Assembly (NCBI GenBank): GCA_044336805.1
Contig: JBIIOS010000002.1
Span: 1-41,999 of the forward strand
Direction of reading: 5' to 3'
Length of the DNA: 41,999 nt
DNA from: Candidatus Nanopelagicales bacterium
GTDB lineage: Bacteria > Actinomycetota > Actinomycetes > S36-B12
A program made the position numbers and the translations under genes. The notes under the pieces were generated by a model that saw nothing but the letters and a program-made list of their open reading frames with translations, was not told the origin of the DNA and did no database searches. Shown one piece after another: positions 16,980-27,650 of this stretch; position 1 is the stretch's first letter; each line of letters starts with the position of its first letter.

Positions 16980-18170
16980 TCAACCGTAGAGGTTGGTGAT
17001 TGTCAACTGATCGAGTTTGCCATTAGGCAGTGTTGGCAGTTTCGTTACGACACGAAAAGTTGGGATCGCGATGGATCCCAACTGTAAAGCGATTTGGGCA
17101 CGAATCTCAGCAGAAATGACGTCAAATTCAGTTGATTCAGTGTCTACCAGGACTACCAGCGCGGTCAGATTGGGAAGCACAAAGCAACTTTGTATAACCG
17201 AATAATTCTCGATGATGTTGTAAATCGCCATTCGAGAGACATTCACACCGTTGATTAACACAATGTCGTCAAGTCTGCCAAGGATCTCCAATTTGCCAAG
17301 TGAATCCACCCTTGCGTAATCATCAGTGGTAAATGAGCCGCTGAATGGCATGAATGCCGTTGTCTCGGTTGGTCGATAACCCAAGGCAATGCTCGGTCCT
17401 TGTAGGGTGATTCGAGAGTTATCGGGATCGAGAACGTAGCGAGTATCAGGCCCAGCTACTCCGCTGAAAAAACACCCGCCGGCACTTTCGGTCATGCCAT
17501 ACGTGTACGTGATGTTGAGGCCGAGGTCTTGGGCTTGAAGGAAATCGTTGGTGGGAGTGGGACCGCCTCCAATCAAAATGGCCGCGCACTGGCTCAATGC
17601 CTGAGCTCCGCGCTGCGAGTTCAGTAATCGTCTCAACTGGGTGGGAACGAGTGAAACAAAGATTGGATCTTCTGTGAGTCGTGCGACTACGTCGGAGAAT
17701 TCGTCAGGATCAAAAATTGAGCCACCGGCAACACTTTCTAGGGCGACCGGAACGGTCCCCGCAGCAATCGAGCGCGAGAGGACATTAATTCCAGCGATTG
17801 AAGTGACGGGCAATGCGCAAATCCAGCGAGGGGGTGCATCAAGAGTGGCTCCGATCACCGCACCTGAGTTTATGAAATCATTCATGGCGCCCAATTGGGC
17901 CGCGCTGAGTTCGACTCCTCGGGGATTTCCGGTAGATCCAGAAGTTGTCACAATCGCGACCGTTTGCTCTTGACAGGGGGCACTCGGGTTGATGGCCGCG
18001 CGGGTAGCGTTGATTTGGTGTTGCGAGTAGTGGCGGCTTTGTTGGGGAATTGGTGCAAAGACCCGATTGCTACCAAGGGCCGAGGTGAGAGCATGAAATG
18101 CTCGAGTTACACCCGAGCTGCCTGGAGCAATCTCGGTTAGCTCAATTTCGCGATTATTTGAGTCGGCCAC
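16980..18170 (-). CDS. menE: o-Succinylbenzoate-CoA ligase
   Basis: It is a short (396 aa) AMP-binding enzyme with TTSGSTGNPRGVEL, YGMTE and a C-terminal LPNGKLD. It lies 3 nt upstream of menA and divergent from menB. Confidence 0.82.
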   Translation of the reverse strand: MADSNNREIELTEIAPGSSGVTRAFHALTSALGSNRVFAPIPQQSRHYSQHQINATRAAINPSAPCQEQTVAIVTTSGSTGNPRGVELSAAQLGAMNDFINSGAVIGATLDAPPRWICALPVTSIAGINVLSRSIAAGTVPVALESVAGGSIFDPDEFSDVVARLTEDPIFVSLVPTQLRRLLNSQRGAQALSQCAAILIGGGPTPTNDFLQAQDLGLNITYTYGMTESAGGCFFSGVAGPDTRYVLDPDNSRITLQGPSIALGYRPTETTAFMPFSGSFTTDDYARVDSLGKLEILGRLDDIVLINGVNVSRMAIYNIIENYSVIQSCFVLPNLTALVVLVDTESTEFDVISAEIRAQIALQLGSIAIPTFRVVTKLPTLPNGKLDQLTITNLYG

Positions 18171-18205
18171 GATGCGAGACTAGAAGGTGCCGGTAATCTC
18201 AGTGC

Positions 18206-19138
18206 ATGGACACTCGTAAACGTTATGAATTGCCACCGGTTGCCCCATCAGATTCACCGGTTTGGACAGATCCATCCCATTCTTCCAGTAAGCCCGCCTG
18301 TGATTGGGAATCCTTTGGGGATTTCACCGATATCACCTACGGTGTTGGCACCGGTGCATATCAGGGCATCGCAAAAATTACGATTTGTCGTCCCGAGAAG
18401 CGGAATGCATTCAGGCCCCAAACCCTGTTTGAGTTAAGTGATGCATTCAACGCCGCACGCGACGATGATCGGATTGGCGTCATTATTTTGACCGGCCAAG
18501 GTGATCTTGCATTTTGCTCGGGCGGAGATCAAGTTATTCGTGGCGATGACGGATACATCGGCAGCGACGAGGTTGCTCAAAAGGGAATTGGGCGTTTGAA
18601 CGTTCTGGATCTGCAGGTCCAGATTCGGCGTTTACCAAAGCCAGTAATTGCGATGGTGGCTGGGTTTTCAATCGGTGGCGGCAACGTTCTAAACGTGGTG
18701 TGCGATCTCACGGTTGCCGCTGACAATGCACGCTTTGGTCAAACAGGCCCGCAGGTCGGATCATTTGATGGGGGATACGGCTCAGGGTTGCTCGCAAGAA
18801 TTGTCGGGCAGAAGCGATCGCGTGAAGTTTGGTACACGTGTAATCAATATGGTGCTGAACAAGCTTATGACTGGGGTTTAGTTAATGAAGTCGTTCCCAT
18901 TGCGGACCTGGAAATTGCCACCTGCGATCTCGCAGCCAAGATTCTGACCATGTCACCACTGGCACTTCGCATGCTTAAAGCCTCACACAATGCAGTCGAC
19001 GACGGCCTTGCCGGCATTCAACAATTAGCGGGGGATTCGACCTTGCTGTTCTACATGACAGAGGAAGCCCAAGAGGGCCGTAACGCCTTCAAGGAAAAAC
19101 GCCAACCCAACTTCGGTCGCTTCCCTAAACGGCCATAA
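18206..19138 (+). CDS. menB: 1,4-dihydroxy-2-naphthoyl-CoA synthase
   Basis: It has the crotonase fold, with FTDITY...[25 protein letters not shown] and a C-terminal [11 protein letters not shown]. Confidence 0.93.
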   Translation: MDTRKRYELPPVAPSDSPVWTDPSHSSSKPACDWESFGDFTDITYGVGTGAYQGIAKITICRPEKRNAFRPQTLFELSDAFNAARDDDRIGVIILTGQGDLAFCSGGDQVIRGDDGYIGSDEVAQKGIGRLNVLDLQVQIRRLPKPVIAMVAGFSIGGGNVLNVVCDLTVAADNARFGQTGPQVGSFDGGYGSGLLARIVGQKRSREVWYTCNQYGAEQAYDWGLVNEVVPIADLEIATCDLAAKILTMSPLALRMLKASHNAVDDGLAGIQQLAGDSTLLFYMTEEAQEGRNAFKEKRQPNFGRFPKRP

Positions 19139-19143
19139 AAGCA

Positions 19144-20145
19144 GTGGCTTCCGCTCTCCCCAAACTAGATTTCTTTTCGCTGACTCTGCGGGAAAAATTT
19201 CGGGGCCTAACGACACGTGAGGGAGTTGTGTTCCAAGGGCCCGCTGGCTGGGGTGAATTCAGCCCATTTCCTAACTACACACCCCATCAAGATTCTCTGT
19301 GGTTGCGGGCGGCCTTGGAATCAGCTTTTGTTCCTTTTGATTATCCGAAAAATGCGAGTGTCGGTGTCAATGCAATCATCGGTGACAACGAGGACCCTTA
19401 TCTGGCAAGCATTCGAGCGCTGGAGCAATTCGGATGCAATACCGTCAAGATCAAAGTAGGGCTTGATATAGGTAACGATGTGAAACGAGTCGATTCCGTG
19501 CTGCAAGCCTTTCGGGAGGCAGAGAAGCTGGCTGATGTGCGAATTCGTCTCGACGCGAATGGACGGTGGAGTGTTTCACAAGCATGGGAGACTTTATCCG
19601 AATTGGACAGTGCCCCCATTGAATACATTGAACAACCGTGTCAATCGGTGCAGGAAATACGAGAGCTTCATCGAAAAATAAATGTTCCTATTGCCCTAGA
19701 TGAAAGTATTCGCATTGATGGCCAATATCAGATAAGCGATTTTGCTGATCTGGCAATTATTAAAGTTTCACCGCTCGGTGGAATTAATGCAATTGAAGAA
19801 TTGATCCCAAAGTTGGATGTTCCAATTCGAATAAGTGGTGCCCTTGAATCTGGTGTCGGTCTGAGTGCCTCGCTTTTAGCGGCGCACACATTTGCTCCCG
19901 ACGAAGTTGCCGGACTCGGCACCGGAATGCTCTTGGCAACGGATCTCACGAACGAACCAACAGTTCCCCACCTTGGTCGTATTTCGGTTAAGCGCTTCGA
20001 GCCAAGTTCGGAAAATTTGATTGAGTGTGCGCTACCGCTTGACCGGAAGGAACTGTGGGAGCAGCGGATCGCTCGTGCTTGGGCTCTGATCCCTGTTGCT
20101 GTGCTCGCTTCCTTTGGTGTGCCCGAGCAGAGTGTGCAAGGCTAG
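19144..20145 (+). CDS. menC: o-Succinylbenzoate synthase (enolase superfamily)
   Basis: FRGLTTREGVVFQGPAGWGEFSPF is typical of actinobacterial MenC. The metal-ligand regions are IRLDANGRW, EYIEQP and IALDES. The GTG start lies 5 nt after the menB stop. Confidence 0.85.
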   Translation: MASALPKLDFFSLTLREKFRGLTTREGVVFQGPAGWGEFSPFPNYTPHQDSLWLRAALESAFVPFDYPKNASVGVNAIIGDNEDPYLASIRALEQFGCNTVKIKVGLDIGNDVKRVDSVLQAFREAEKLADVRIRLDANGRWSVSQAWETLSELDSAPIEYIEQPCQSVQEIRELHRKINVPIALDESIRIDGQYQISDFADLAIIKVSPLGGINAIEELIPKLDVPIRISGALESGVGLSASLLAAHTFAPDEVAGLGTGMLLATDLTNEPTVPHLGRISVKRFEPSSENLIECALPLDRKELWEQRIARAWALIPVAVLASFGVPEQSVQG

Positions 20146-20149
20146 GGAC

Positions 20150-21889
20150 ATGGAGCCCTCGGTCGCCCAAGCCAAAGTAATGGTCGACGAACTGATTCGA
20201 TGCGGCATCACCGACGTGGTGCTTTCCCCCGGCTCTCGAAGCGCGCCCCTCGCATTGGAACTTGCTGGCGCACATGCTCGACTCGAACTTCGTTTGCACG
20301 TTCGGCTTGACGAGAGAGTTGCTGCATTTGTTGCATTGGGTATAGGTAAGGCAACCGGAATCCCAGCTGCCGTCGTAACAACGTCGGGGAGCGCGGTCGC
20401 TAACTTGTTGCCCGCCGTGGTCGAGGCAGACCATTCATATGTACCCATGTTGTTGTTGACCGCGGATCGTCCCCCGCAATTGCGTGGCATTGGAGCGAAT
20501 CAAACTATTTCGCAGATGGCAATATTCGGTCCACACGTTCGATCCAGTGTGGATCTGGCAACCGCAACAACGGCAGAGGGTCAAGTGAAGTACTGGCGCT
20601 CAGAAATTTCGCGGGCCGTGGGAATTGCAACGGACTCGGTGAGTCCTGGTCCGGTGCATCTGAATATTCCTTTTTCCGCGCCACTCGTGGGTGAATCTGA
20701 CGGAATCTGGAGTGAAGACTTGGAGGGACGCCCGGATGGGCGCCCCTGGGTTGCCGATGCTCGCTTACTCGCCGCCGTGAGCTCACCCCTTGATGAAATT
20801 ATGACTTTCCTCGACGAAGACGGAGTGGTCCCTGCTCGCGGGTTGATCGTGGTGGGTGATCACAACGATTCGGACTTCATTGACATGATTGACGAACTCA
20901 GTGATTTCATTGGTTGGCCAATAATTGCGGAACCCAGCGCAAATCTGAGCCGGGCAGATCTCGCCCTCTCCCATGGCCACCTGCTGGCTGAGGATTCTTC
21001 CTTTCGCGAAACTCATGTTCCGGAATTGGTATTGACAATTGGCAAGGTGGGCCTGTCCCGAGGTGTTCTCAAACTCATCGAGTCGGCAGGGATTCACATT
21101 GCGGTTGACAGCCATGCGCAATTCGCCGACCCAACTCGAAGCGCCGACTTGGTGATCGCTGCAGTTCCACTGCCCCCACAAGAGTGTGAAGTTGACGGGG
21201 AATGGCTTGAAGAGTGGCAGAGAGCCGATATCTTGGCGGCCGCTGCGATTGAAACGGTACTCAATCCTGATGAACTCACCGGGATGCAGATAGCCCGGGT
21301 TGTAACTCGCCTATTGCCTGAAGCAGGAACACTTTTCTTGGGTGCCTCCTCAGCTGTTCGACATGTTGCATCATTTGCGGCAACCACTGTCACAGATTCC
21401 GCTGTTTTAGGAAATCGTGGGGTTTCAGGGATCGATGGCTGTGTTTCCACCGCAACAGGAATAGCGATCAGTGCAACTGCCGCAGGTGATGGCTGCGTTG
21501 TTGCCTTAGTGGGAGATCAAACTTTTCTCTATGACTCGAATGCACTTTTGATCCCACCAACTGAACCCAAAATGAACCTTGTAGTAGTTGTGATTGACAA
21601 CAACGGTGGCGGAATTTTCTCAACTTTGGAACAAGGTGCCCCGCAGTATGCACAGCATTTCGATCAAGTGTTTGGTGTCCCACTGGACATTGACCCGACC
21701 CTTGTCGCGACTTCGCTTCGGGCAAATGCGCTCACCGTCACGAACGAAGACGAATTGGCCGAAGCCTTAGACGTTGCGATTGATGGTGGTTTACATGTAA
21801 TCACCGCGACGAGTGTTAACCGTGTCCGGGAAAGTGAAATTCTTGTGCATATTGCCCAAGCGGTTCATGAAGCACTCTCGGGGAGCTGA
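20150..21889 (+). CDS. menD: 2-succinyl-5-enolpyruvyl-6-hydroxy-3-cyclohexene-1-carboxylate (SEPHCHC) synthase
   Basis: The N-terminus is ELIRCGITDVVLSPGSRSAPL. The ThDP motif is GDQTFLYDSN...DNNGGGIF. ATG 20150 has an AGGGA RBS just after the menC stop. The track start at 20096 is an over-extension into menC. Confidence 0.93.
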   Translation: MEPSVAQAKVMVDELIRCGITDVVLSPGSRSAPLALELAGAHARLELRLHVRLDERVAAFVALGIGKATGIPAAVVTTSGSAVANLLPAVVEADHSYVPMLLLTADRPPQLRGIGANQTISQMAIFGPHVRSSVDLATATTAEGQVKYWRSEISRAVGIATDSVSPGPVHLNIPFSAPLVGESDGIWSEDLEGRPDGRPWVADARLLAAVSSPLDEIMTFLDEDGVVPARGLIVVGDHNDSDFIDMIDELSDFIGWPIIAEPSANLSRADLALSHGHLLAEDSSFRETHVPELVLTIGKVGLSRGVLKLIESAGIHIAVDSHAQFADPTRSADLVIAAVPLPPQECEVDGEWLEEWQRADILAAAAIETVLNPDELTGMQIARVVTRLLPEAGTLFLGASSAVRHVASFAATTVTDSAVLGNRGVSGIDGCVSTATGIAISATAAGDGCVVALVGDQTFLYDSNALLIPPTEPKMNLVVVVIDNNGGGIFSTLEQGAPQYAQHFDQVFGVPLDIDPTLVATSLRANALTVTNEDELAEALDVAIDGGLHVITATSVNRVRESEILVHIAQAVHEALSGS

Positions 21890-21917
21890 GATAGGTGCTC
21901 GTGGTGAATTTGATTGG

Positions 21918-23171
21918 CTAATCGCTCTCGAGTGCATCACGCACTGGAGCGAGTTTGGCTGCTGATTCAGCAAACTCTAATTCAGGGATTGACCCAGCAA
22001 CGATCCCACATCCGGCAAATGAACGAACGGTCTGAGCCTCACGATCGATTTTGGCACACCGAAGTGCAATGCCGAATTCACCGTCACCGCGTTGATCGAA
22101 CCAACCAACCGGACCGGCATAGCGACCGCGGTTCATTCCTTCGAGCTCGGAAATCACCACTCTGGCCCGCTCGGTTGGGGTTCCACACACCGCAGCAGTT
22201 GGGTGCAGCGATGCGACGAGGGACAAGATGGGCGCCTCGTTTGCAAGTTGACCCGTAACATCGGTTGCAAGGTGTTGAACGTTTGCGAGTTCAAGAACAC
22301 GCGGCTGCTCGGGGACATCGAGATCTGTACAGTGCGTGGCCAGCGCTTTTGCAACTGAATTGACTGCATAAGCGTGCTCAGCCAAGTCTTTTTGACTCTT
22401 CATGAGATCAGATGCCAGGTCTGCATCAGTTCCCTTATCCCCTTGGCGCCTTACGGTTCCGGCCAAAACCCGACTTGTAACCAGTCCACCAGTTCGTCGA
22501 ACAAGCAACTCGGGGGTTGCGCCAAAAAGGTCCTCAACAACAAATGTCCAACAGGTGGGGTAAGCCTTTGCCAACGCGTTGACCAGGAACCGAACATCGA
22601 GAGTCCCATCAATGTGCGCAATTAAATCTCGCGCCAGAACCACTTTGTCTAGTTCACCCGCAGCGATTCGGTTGACAGCCCTGGCAACGGACTCTTCCCA
22701 CTCCCATGGCTGAACGCTGCCTTCAGCCCAACGAACTGCATCTGGTCCCACCGGAACGGGAACGGGAGGTAGGGCGGTGCTGGCTGAGCCGATTGTTGTC
22801 ATCCAGGTTTGTCCACCACGTTTACCTACGACAACGCTGGGAACGACAACTTCAGAGAGATTGTTCAGGTCGAAAGCGAATGAAGCAAAAGCAACAGGGC
22901 CGGTGCCGGGCAGGCTTACCGTGTCTTCAACATGGGCGTTGGTAAGAAGTCGATTCCACCAACGTTGAGTGCGGGAAAAGGTTTCGTCACCGCGAACCTG
23001 TAAGCGGGCGGCCACCCCCCAACCGATGAGCCCTTCACCACGGCGAACCCACGCCAATGGGTTCTCGACGGGCAAATGTTGTAACAGATCGACATCATGA
23101 TCAAGAGCTCGCGTACGAAAAGTTAAGTGTTCCTGATCGGGTAGCGCACCCGACTGCTCAATCACGCTCAC
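21918..23171 (-). CDS. menF: Isochorismate synthase
   Basis: The chorismate-binding C-terminal domain reads LHPTAAVCGTP, GRYAGPVGW and GIALRCA. The gene is divergent from menG. Confidence 0.88.
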   Translation of the reverse strand: MSVIEQSGALPDQEHLTFRTRALDHDVDLLQHLPVENPLAWVRRGEGLIGWGVAARLQVRGDETFSRTQRWWNRLLTNAHVEDTVSLPGTGPVAFASFAFDLNNLSEVVVPSVVVGKRGGQTWMTTIGSASTALPPVPVPVGPDAVRWAEGSVQPWEWEESVARAVNRIAAGELDKVVLARDLIAHIDGTLDVRFLVNALAKAYPTCWTFVVEDLFGATPELLVRRTGGLVTSRVLAGTVRRQGDKGTDADLASDLMKSQKDLAEHAYAVNSVAKALATHCTDLDVPEQPRVLELANVQHLATDVTGQLANEAPILSLVASLHPTAAVCGTPTERARVVISELEGMNRGRYAGPVGWFDQRGDGEFGIALRCAKIDREAQTVRSFAGCGIVAGSIPELEFAESAAKLAPVRDALESD

Positions 23172-23254
23172 TCATGCAGCCTAGGGCCAGGTTGTTGTTT
23201 CGACCACTTGGAACTGAAGTTCGCACTTAGTGTGATCTCTGACAGACTAGGAGG

Positions 23255-23947
23255 GTGCCGAGGGCGAATTTGGATAAGGACCCAGCCGAAGTAGCGGCAA
23301 TGTTTGATGCCGTAGCTGCAAAATACGACGTGACCAATGACATTTTGGCCCTTGGGCAGACCCGTCGGTGGCGCAGCGAAGTCCGAAAAGCCCTCAAACT
23401 AGAACCTGGGCAACTCGTTCTTGACATTGCGGCGGGAACCGGCACTTCTACCGCAGCGTTTACCGCCACGGGAGCAAAGGTCATCGCCGCGGACTTTTCA
23501 CTCGGAATGCTGGAGGTGGGCAAAGTCCGAAACCCCAGCATCCCTTTCGTTGCTGCCGATGCCTTAGCGCTCCCATTCGCTGACTCAACTTTCGACCGGC
23601 TCACCATTTCTTTCGGACTTCGTAATGTCGCGGATCGGATGGTGGCGTTAGAGGAATTTCGGCGGGTCACTAAACCCGGCGGGATTCTCGTAATCTGTGA
23701 GTTTTCCCATCCCACGTTCGCACCTCTGCGCAAGGTCTATACCGAGTACCTGATGGCCGCGTTACCCGCACTCTCGGATCGGGTGTCATCAAATCCCGAT
23801 GCATATCGTTATTTGGCGGAATCAATTCGTGCTTGGCCTACGCAAAAAGAATTGGCAGCAGACATTACCGAGGCCGGCTGGCAGGGGGTTCAATGGCGCA
23901 ATTTCACCGGGGGAATCGTGAGTATCCACCGGGCGGTCGCTCAATAG
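23255..23947 (+). CDS. menG: Demethylmenaquinone methyltransferase (UbiE/MenG family)
   Basis: Family motifs are [24 protein letters not shown], the SAM motif [12 protein letters not shown], and FGLRNV. The start is either GTG 23255 (directly abutting AGGAGG) or TTG 23270 (GAGGG 5 nt upstream). Confidence 0.88.
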   Translation: MPRANLDKDPAEVAAMFDAVAAKYDVTNDILALGQTRRWRSEVRKALKLEPGQLVLDIAAGTGTSTAAFTATGAKVIAADFSLGMLEVGKVRNPSIPFVAADALALPFADSTFDRLTISFGLRNVADRMVALEEFRRVTKPGGILVICEFSHPTFAPLRKVYTEYLMAALPALSDRVSSNPDAYRYLAESIRAWPTQKELAADITEAGWQGVQWRNFTGGIVSIHRAVAQ

Positions 23948-23972
23948 GTTTAGCCGCTATGCTTCATTCGAT

Positions 23973-23988
23973 AGTGAAGAATTTCACA
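23973..23988. promoter_or_regulatory. Candidate Rex operator (ROP): AGTGAAGAATTTCACA upstream of nuoA
   Basis: This is a GTGAA-N4-TTCAC inverted repeat. With its flanks (TAGTGAA GAAT TTCACAA) it matches the TTGTGAA-N4-TTCACAA Rex consensus at 13 of 14 specified positions. It lies about 70 nt upstream of the nuoA GTG 24057. A possible -10 element, TATAAC, is at 23998-24003. Confidence 0.6.
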
Positions 23989-24056
23989 ATCGCGCAATAT
24001 AACTCGACACAGTTAAGAAAGTAACCGTTTAAGTCGTAGAGCATGAAAGGTCGCGC

Positions 24057-24416
24057 GTGAACGTCTACACACCGATTTTGGTGCTGGGAATCTTGGCTTT
24101 TGGCTTCGCGGTCTTCTCCATTGTCATCGCTAGCTTCACGGGACCAAAGCGCTACAACCGGGCGAAATACGCGGCATACGAGTGCGGAATCGAACCAACA
24201 CCACAACCAATGGGTGGCGGGCGTTTTCCTGTGAAGTTCTACCTCACGGCCATGATGTTCATCATCTTTGACATTGAACTCGTTTTCTTATACCCCTGGG
24301 CAGTTTCCGCCGATGCCCTTGGCGCATTTGGCCTAATCGCAATTTTCCTTTTCCTGATAAATTTATGTTTGCCCTATGCATTTGAATGGCGCCGCGGCGG
24401 ATTGGAGTGGGATTAA
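24057..24416 (+). CDS. nuoA: NADH-quinone oxidoreductase subunit A
   Basis: The 119-aa product has 3 TM helices and the motifs [11 protein letters not shown] and [14 protein letters not shown]. An AAAGG RBS lies 6 nt before the GTG start. Confidence 0.93.
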   Translation: MNVYTPILVLGILAFGFAVFSIVIASFTGPKRYNRAKYAAYECGIEPTPQPMGGGRFPVKFYLTAMMFIIFDIELVFLYPWAVSADALGAFGLIAIFLFLINLCLPYAFEWRRGGLEWD

Positions 24417-24970
24417 TGGGTCTTGAAGAAAAGTTGCCCTCGGGAATACTTCTCACCACGGTGGAGCAGGTAGCCGGTTACGCACGTAAAGGTTCACTGT
24501 GGCCGGCCACTTTCGGTTTGGCATGTTGCGCAATTGAAATGATGGCTACGGGCGGACCCCGATATGACATTGCCCGATTCGGCATGGAAGTTTTCCGCGC
24601 CTCACCACGTCAAGCAGACCTCATGATCGTCGCTGGCCGGGTAAGTCAAAAAATGGCACCCGTTTTGCGACAAATCTATGACCAAATGCCCAACCCCAAA
24701 TGGGTGCTCGCCATGGGCGTGTGTTCCTCAAGCGGCGGAATGTTCAACAACTACGCCGTTGTTCAAGGTGTGGACCACGTGGTTCCCGTTGACGTCTATC
24801 TACCTGGGTGCCCACCGCGGCCCGAAATGCTGATCGACGCGATTTTGAAAATCCATGACGAAATTCAAGACATGAAGTTGGGCGTGAATCGCAAGAGGCA
24901 AATTGTGGAGCAGGAGCAGCTTGCTCTTGCCGCACCTTCGGTAATGGAAATGAAGGGGCTGCTGCGATGA
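24416..24970 (+). CDS. nuoB: NADH-quinone oxidoreductase subunit B
   Basis: The N2 cluster ligands are present in [19 protein letters not shown] and [12 protein letters not shown] 24416 overlaps the nuoA TAA by 1 nt. The track start at 24386 is an over-extension. Confidence 0.95.
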   Translation: MGLEEKLPSGILLTTVEQVAGYARKGSLWPATFGLACCAIEMMATGGPRYDIARFGMEVFRASPRQADLMIVAGRVSQKMAPVLRQIYDQMPNPKWVLAMGVCSSSGGMFNNYAVVQGVDHVVPVDVYLPGCPPRPEMLIDAILKIHDEIQDMKLGVNRKRQIVEQEQLALAAPSVMEMKGLLR

Positions 24971-25659
24971 GCGAACTTCCGGTCGTGCCCGCGGGCATCT
25001 CCGAAATCGACCTCGTCGGTGTTCGTAAAGGCGCATTCGGTGCGGCAGGTTCCGGGGACACAAGTGGTTTCGGCGGCTTGGTCTCCCCAATTGTCATGCC
25101 GGGCGCCTCATTGCCTCCCTTTGGCGGATGGTTCGACGAGGTTGCGGAAGAGCTTGCACTTTCTCTTTTGGACGCCGGTGTAAGCGGAGCGGTTGACAAG
25201 ATCGTTATCGATCGTGGAGAAATGACTTTTTATGTGAAGCCTGAGCATCTAATTGCATTCATGACTGAATGTAGGGATGAACCGGCACTTCGATTTGAGA
25301 TGTGCACGAGTGTTAGTGGAGTTCATTTCCCCGAAGACATTGATCGGGAATTGCACATTGTTTACAGCTTGCTCTCAATTACCCACAACCGTCGCATTCG
25401 GGTTGAGGTCACAATTCCTGACTCCAACCGCCACCTTCCTTCACTTGTCGACACGTACCCGTCCGCGGATTGGCATGAGCGCGAGACATGGGACTTTTTC
25501 GGAATTATTTTCGATGGTCACCCAGCCCTGACACGCATTCAAATGCCTGATGACTGGGTAGGTCACCCCCAGCGCAAGGACTATCCACTTGGCGGTATCC
25601 CCGTTGAATACAAGGGTGCAAGTATCCCCTCACCAGATCACCGGAGGTCGTACAACTAA
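24967..25659 (+). CDS. nuoC: NADH-quinone oxidoreductase subunit C
   Basis: [20 protein letters not shown] is the NuoC signature, and the N-terminal [15 protein letters not shown] is the actinobacterial type. The start forms an ATGA overlap with nuoB. Confidence 0.95.
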   Translation: MSELPVVPAGISEIDLVGVRKGAFGAAGSGDTSGFGGLVSPIVMPGASLPPFGGWFDEVAEELALSLLDAGVSGAVDKIVIDRGEMTFYVKPEHLIAFMTECRDEPALRFEMCTSVSGVHFPEDIDRELHIVYSLLSITHNRRIRVEVTIPDSNRHLPSLVDTYPSADWHERETWDFFGIIFDGHPALTRIQMPDDWVGHPQRKDYPLGGIPVEYKGASIPSPDHRRSYN

Positions 25660-26999
25660 TGACTACCACCGACTATACAAACGTTGATCCTTTCTCGGGT
25701 TCTTATGACACCACCGAAGGAACCGTCTACAACCTTGGCGGAGGTGACTGGGATTCCATCGCTGCCGCGCCTGAAGGCGAAAACGAGCGAATCGTCGTCA
25801 ACATGGGACCGCAGCATCCGTCGACACATGGCGTGCTCCGCATGATTTTGGAACTTGAAGGCGAAACTGTTGTCGAAGCTCGTTGCGGTATCGGATTCCT
25901 GCACACGGGAATTGAGAAGAACATGGAGTTTCGTACCTGGGTTCAGGGCGTCACCTATGTAACGCGCATGGATTACTTGGCGCCGATGTTTAATGAAACG
26001 GCCTACTGCCTTTCAGTTGAGCGACTACTGGGTATTGAGGACCAAATTCCTGAGCGCGCCAACGTAATCCGAGTCATGATGATGGAACTGAACCGTGTTT
26101 CCTCACACTTGGTGGCACTTGCAACCGGTGGCATGGAACTTGGGGCCCTCACCGCCATGATTTTTGGTTTCCGTGAGCGTGAGCTTGTCCTTGACATTTT
26201 CGAGATGGTCTCTGGATTGCGTATGAACAGCGCCTACATCCGTCCAGGTGGAGTGGCCATCGATTTACCAAATGGCGCCGAGGAAAAAATCAGAGAAACC
26301 GTTGTTCTCCTGCGTAAACGATTAAAGGACACCTCAGATCTATTGGTAGACAATTCGATCTGGATGGGACGGACAGTGGGCGTCGGCTACCTCGACCTCA
26401 CAGGGTGCATGGCACTTGGCGTCACCGGTCCGGTTTTGCGAGCAACCGGCTTGCCACACGACCTGCGCAAGAGTGCCCCATATTGCGGATATGAAAACTA
26501 TGATTTTGAAGTTCCCACCCAGAACACTTCTGACGCTTACGGCCGGTTCTTAATTCGAATTGCTGAAATGCACGAGTCACTCAATATTGTTGATCAGTGT
26601 CTAGATCGTTTGGTGCCAGGGCCGATCATGATTGCAGATAAGAAAATTGCTTGGCCATCACAACTTTCCATCGGTGGTGACGGGCAAGGTAATTCGCCCG
26701 CGCACATTCAAAAAATTATGAGTGAGTCGATGGAGGCACTCATTCACCACTTCAAGTTGGTGACTGAAGGTTTTAGTGTCCCTGCTGGACAGGCATATGT
26801 ACCGATTGAATCACCACGGGGTGAATTGGGCGCACACGTTGTGAGCACCGGTGGAACCAGGCCGTACCGAGTTCACTTCCGGGATCCATCATTTAATAAC
26901 TTGCAAGCCGTTGCCGCCATGAGCGAGGGTTCCATGATCGCCGACGTGATTGCAGCGGTTGCCAGCATCGATCCCGTAATGGGTGGGGTGGATCGCTAA
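25659..26999 (+). CDS. nuoD: NADH-quinone oxidoreductase subunit D
   Basis: Family motifs are [23 protein letters not shown] and ESPRGELG. The start forms a TAATG overlap with nuoC. Confidence 0.96.
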   Translation: MTTTDYTNVDPFSGSYDTTEGTVYNLGGGDWDSIAAAPEGENERIVVNMGPQHPSTHGVLRMILELEGETVVEARCGIGFLHTGIEKNMEFRTWVQGVTYVTRMDYLAPMFNETAYCLSVERLLGIEDQIPERANVIRVMMMELNRVSSHLVALATGGMELGALTAMIFGFRERELVLDIFEMVSGLRMNSAYIRPGGVAIDLPNGAEEKIRETVVLLRKRLKDTSDLLVDNSIWMGRTVGVGYLDLTGCMALGVTGPVLRATGLPHDLRKSAPYCGYENYDFEVPTQNTSDAYGRFLIRIAEMHESLNIVDQCLDRLVPGPIMIADKKIAWPSQLSIGGDGQGNSPAHIQKIMSESMEALIHHFKLVTEGFSVPAGQAYVPIESPRGELGAHVVSTGGTRPYRVHFRDPSFNNLQAVAAMSEGSMIADVIAAVASIDPVMGGVDR

Positions 27000-27650
27000 A
27001 TGTCACAGAAAGATAAACCCAACGTGATAACTGAATCAACTCGTATCAAAATGCGGGAACTCGCCGGTCGTTACCCGAATTCACGTTCTGCGCTATTGCC
27101 CATGTTGCACCTCGTGCAAGCAGAACAAGATGAAGTTACCACCGAAGGTATTGCGGCTTGCGCCCAAGAACTTGAGATCACCCAGGCCGAGGTTACAGCG
27201 GTGGCAACGTTTTACACCATGTACAAGCACAGTCCAGTCGGAAAACATCACATCGGTGTTTGTATCAATACATTGTGTGGATTACTCGGAGGCGATGCCG
27301 TCTACGAACGCGTTGCTGAGCGACTTGGTGCAACACACAACGGGCCTTCGGCTGACGGCAACTTTTGGCTAGAGCGAATCGAATGTCAGGCTGCCTGCAC
27401 CCATGCACCGGTAATGACAGTTGACTGGGAATTCATGGACGACGTAACTCCGCAAAGCGCCGTTGACGTTATTGACAAACTTGCTGCCGGCGAAGAAGTC
27501 TGGTCAACCCGAGGCCCGATGATTCGTGATTTTCAAGCAACTGAGCACACACTCGCGATGGCGGAAGATGATCTCGCAACTATTGGAAATTGCGTCGACG
27601 AAAAAATGCTTGCTGGTCTAAAAATTGCAAAGTCTGGAGCGCAGCAATAA
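27000..27650 (+). CDS. nuoE: NADH-quinone oxidoreductase subunit E
   Basis: The 2Fe-2S Cys pattern is GVCINTLCGL...ECQAACTHAP. ATG follows directly after the nuoD stop. Confidence 0.93.
   Translation: MSQKDKPNVITESTRIKMRELAGRYPNSRSALLPMLHLVQAEQDEVTTEGIAACAQELEITQAEVTAVATFYTMYKHSPVGKHHIGVCINTLCGLLGGDAVYERVAERLGATHNGPSADGNFWLERIECQAACTHAPVMTVDWEFMDDVTPQSAVDVIDKLAAGEEVWSTRGPMIRDFQATEHTLAMAEDDLATIGNCVDEKMLAGLKIAKSGAQQ

Noticed and set aside
23227-23733. A long antisense ORF (168 aa) lies opposite menG. Similar 140-170-aa antisense ORFs occur at 12449..12937, 9524..9973, 9996..10466, 14387..14851, 20032..20490, 24744..25199, 30207..30662 and 30714..31223.
   Set aside because: All lie fully inside strongly supported genes on the other strand. 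Their products are Ser/Ala/Arg/Pro-rich low-complexity sequences with no recognisable motifs. They are typical shadow ORFs.
16104-23947. Absence of menH (SHCHC synthase) and of a DHNA-CoA thioesterase from the men cluster, read as a possible pathway gap.
   Set aside because: These genes are often unlinked or hard to recognise in Actinomycetota. Absence from a 42-kb window says nothing about the genome.
23959-24024. A 21-codon sORF (MLHSIVKNFTIAQYNSTQLRK) spanning the Rex operator upstream of nuoA.
   Set aside because: It has no RBS, it is very short, and it is better explained as chance reading through an AT-rich regulatory spacer.
24386-24415. Track N-terminal extensions of nuoB (24386), nuoF (27590), nuoI (32608), menD (20096), ccdA (12186) and the histidine phosphatase (10919).
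   Set aside because: Each extension overlaps the end of the preceding gene. An internal ATG or GTG placed at or next to the upstream stop, or one preceded by an RBS, gives a homologue-like N-terminus.
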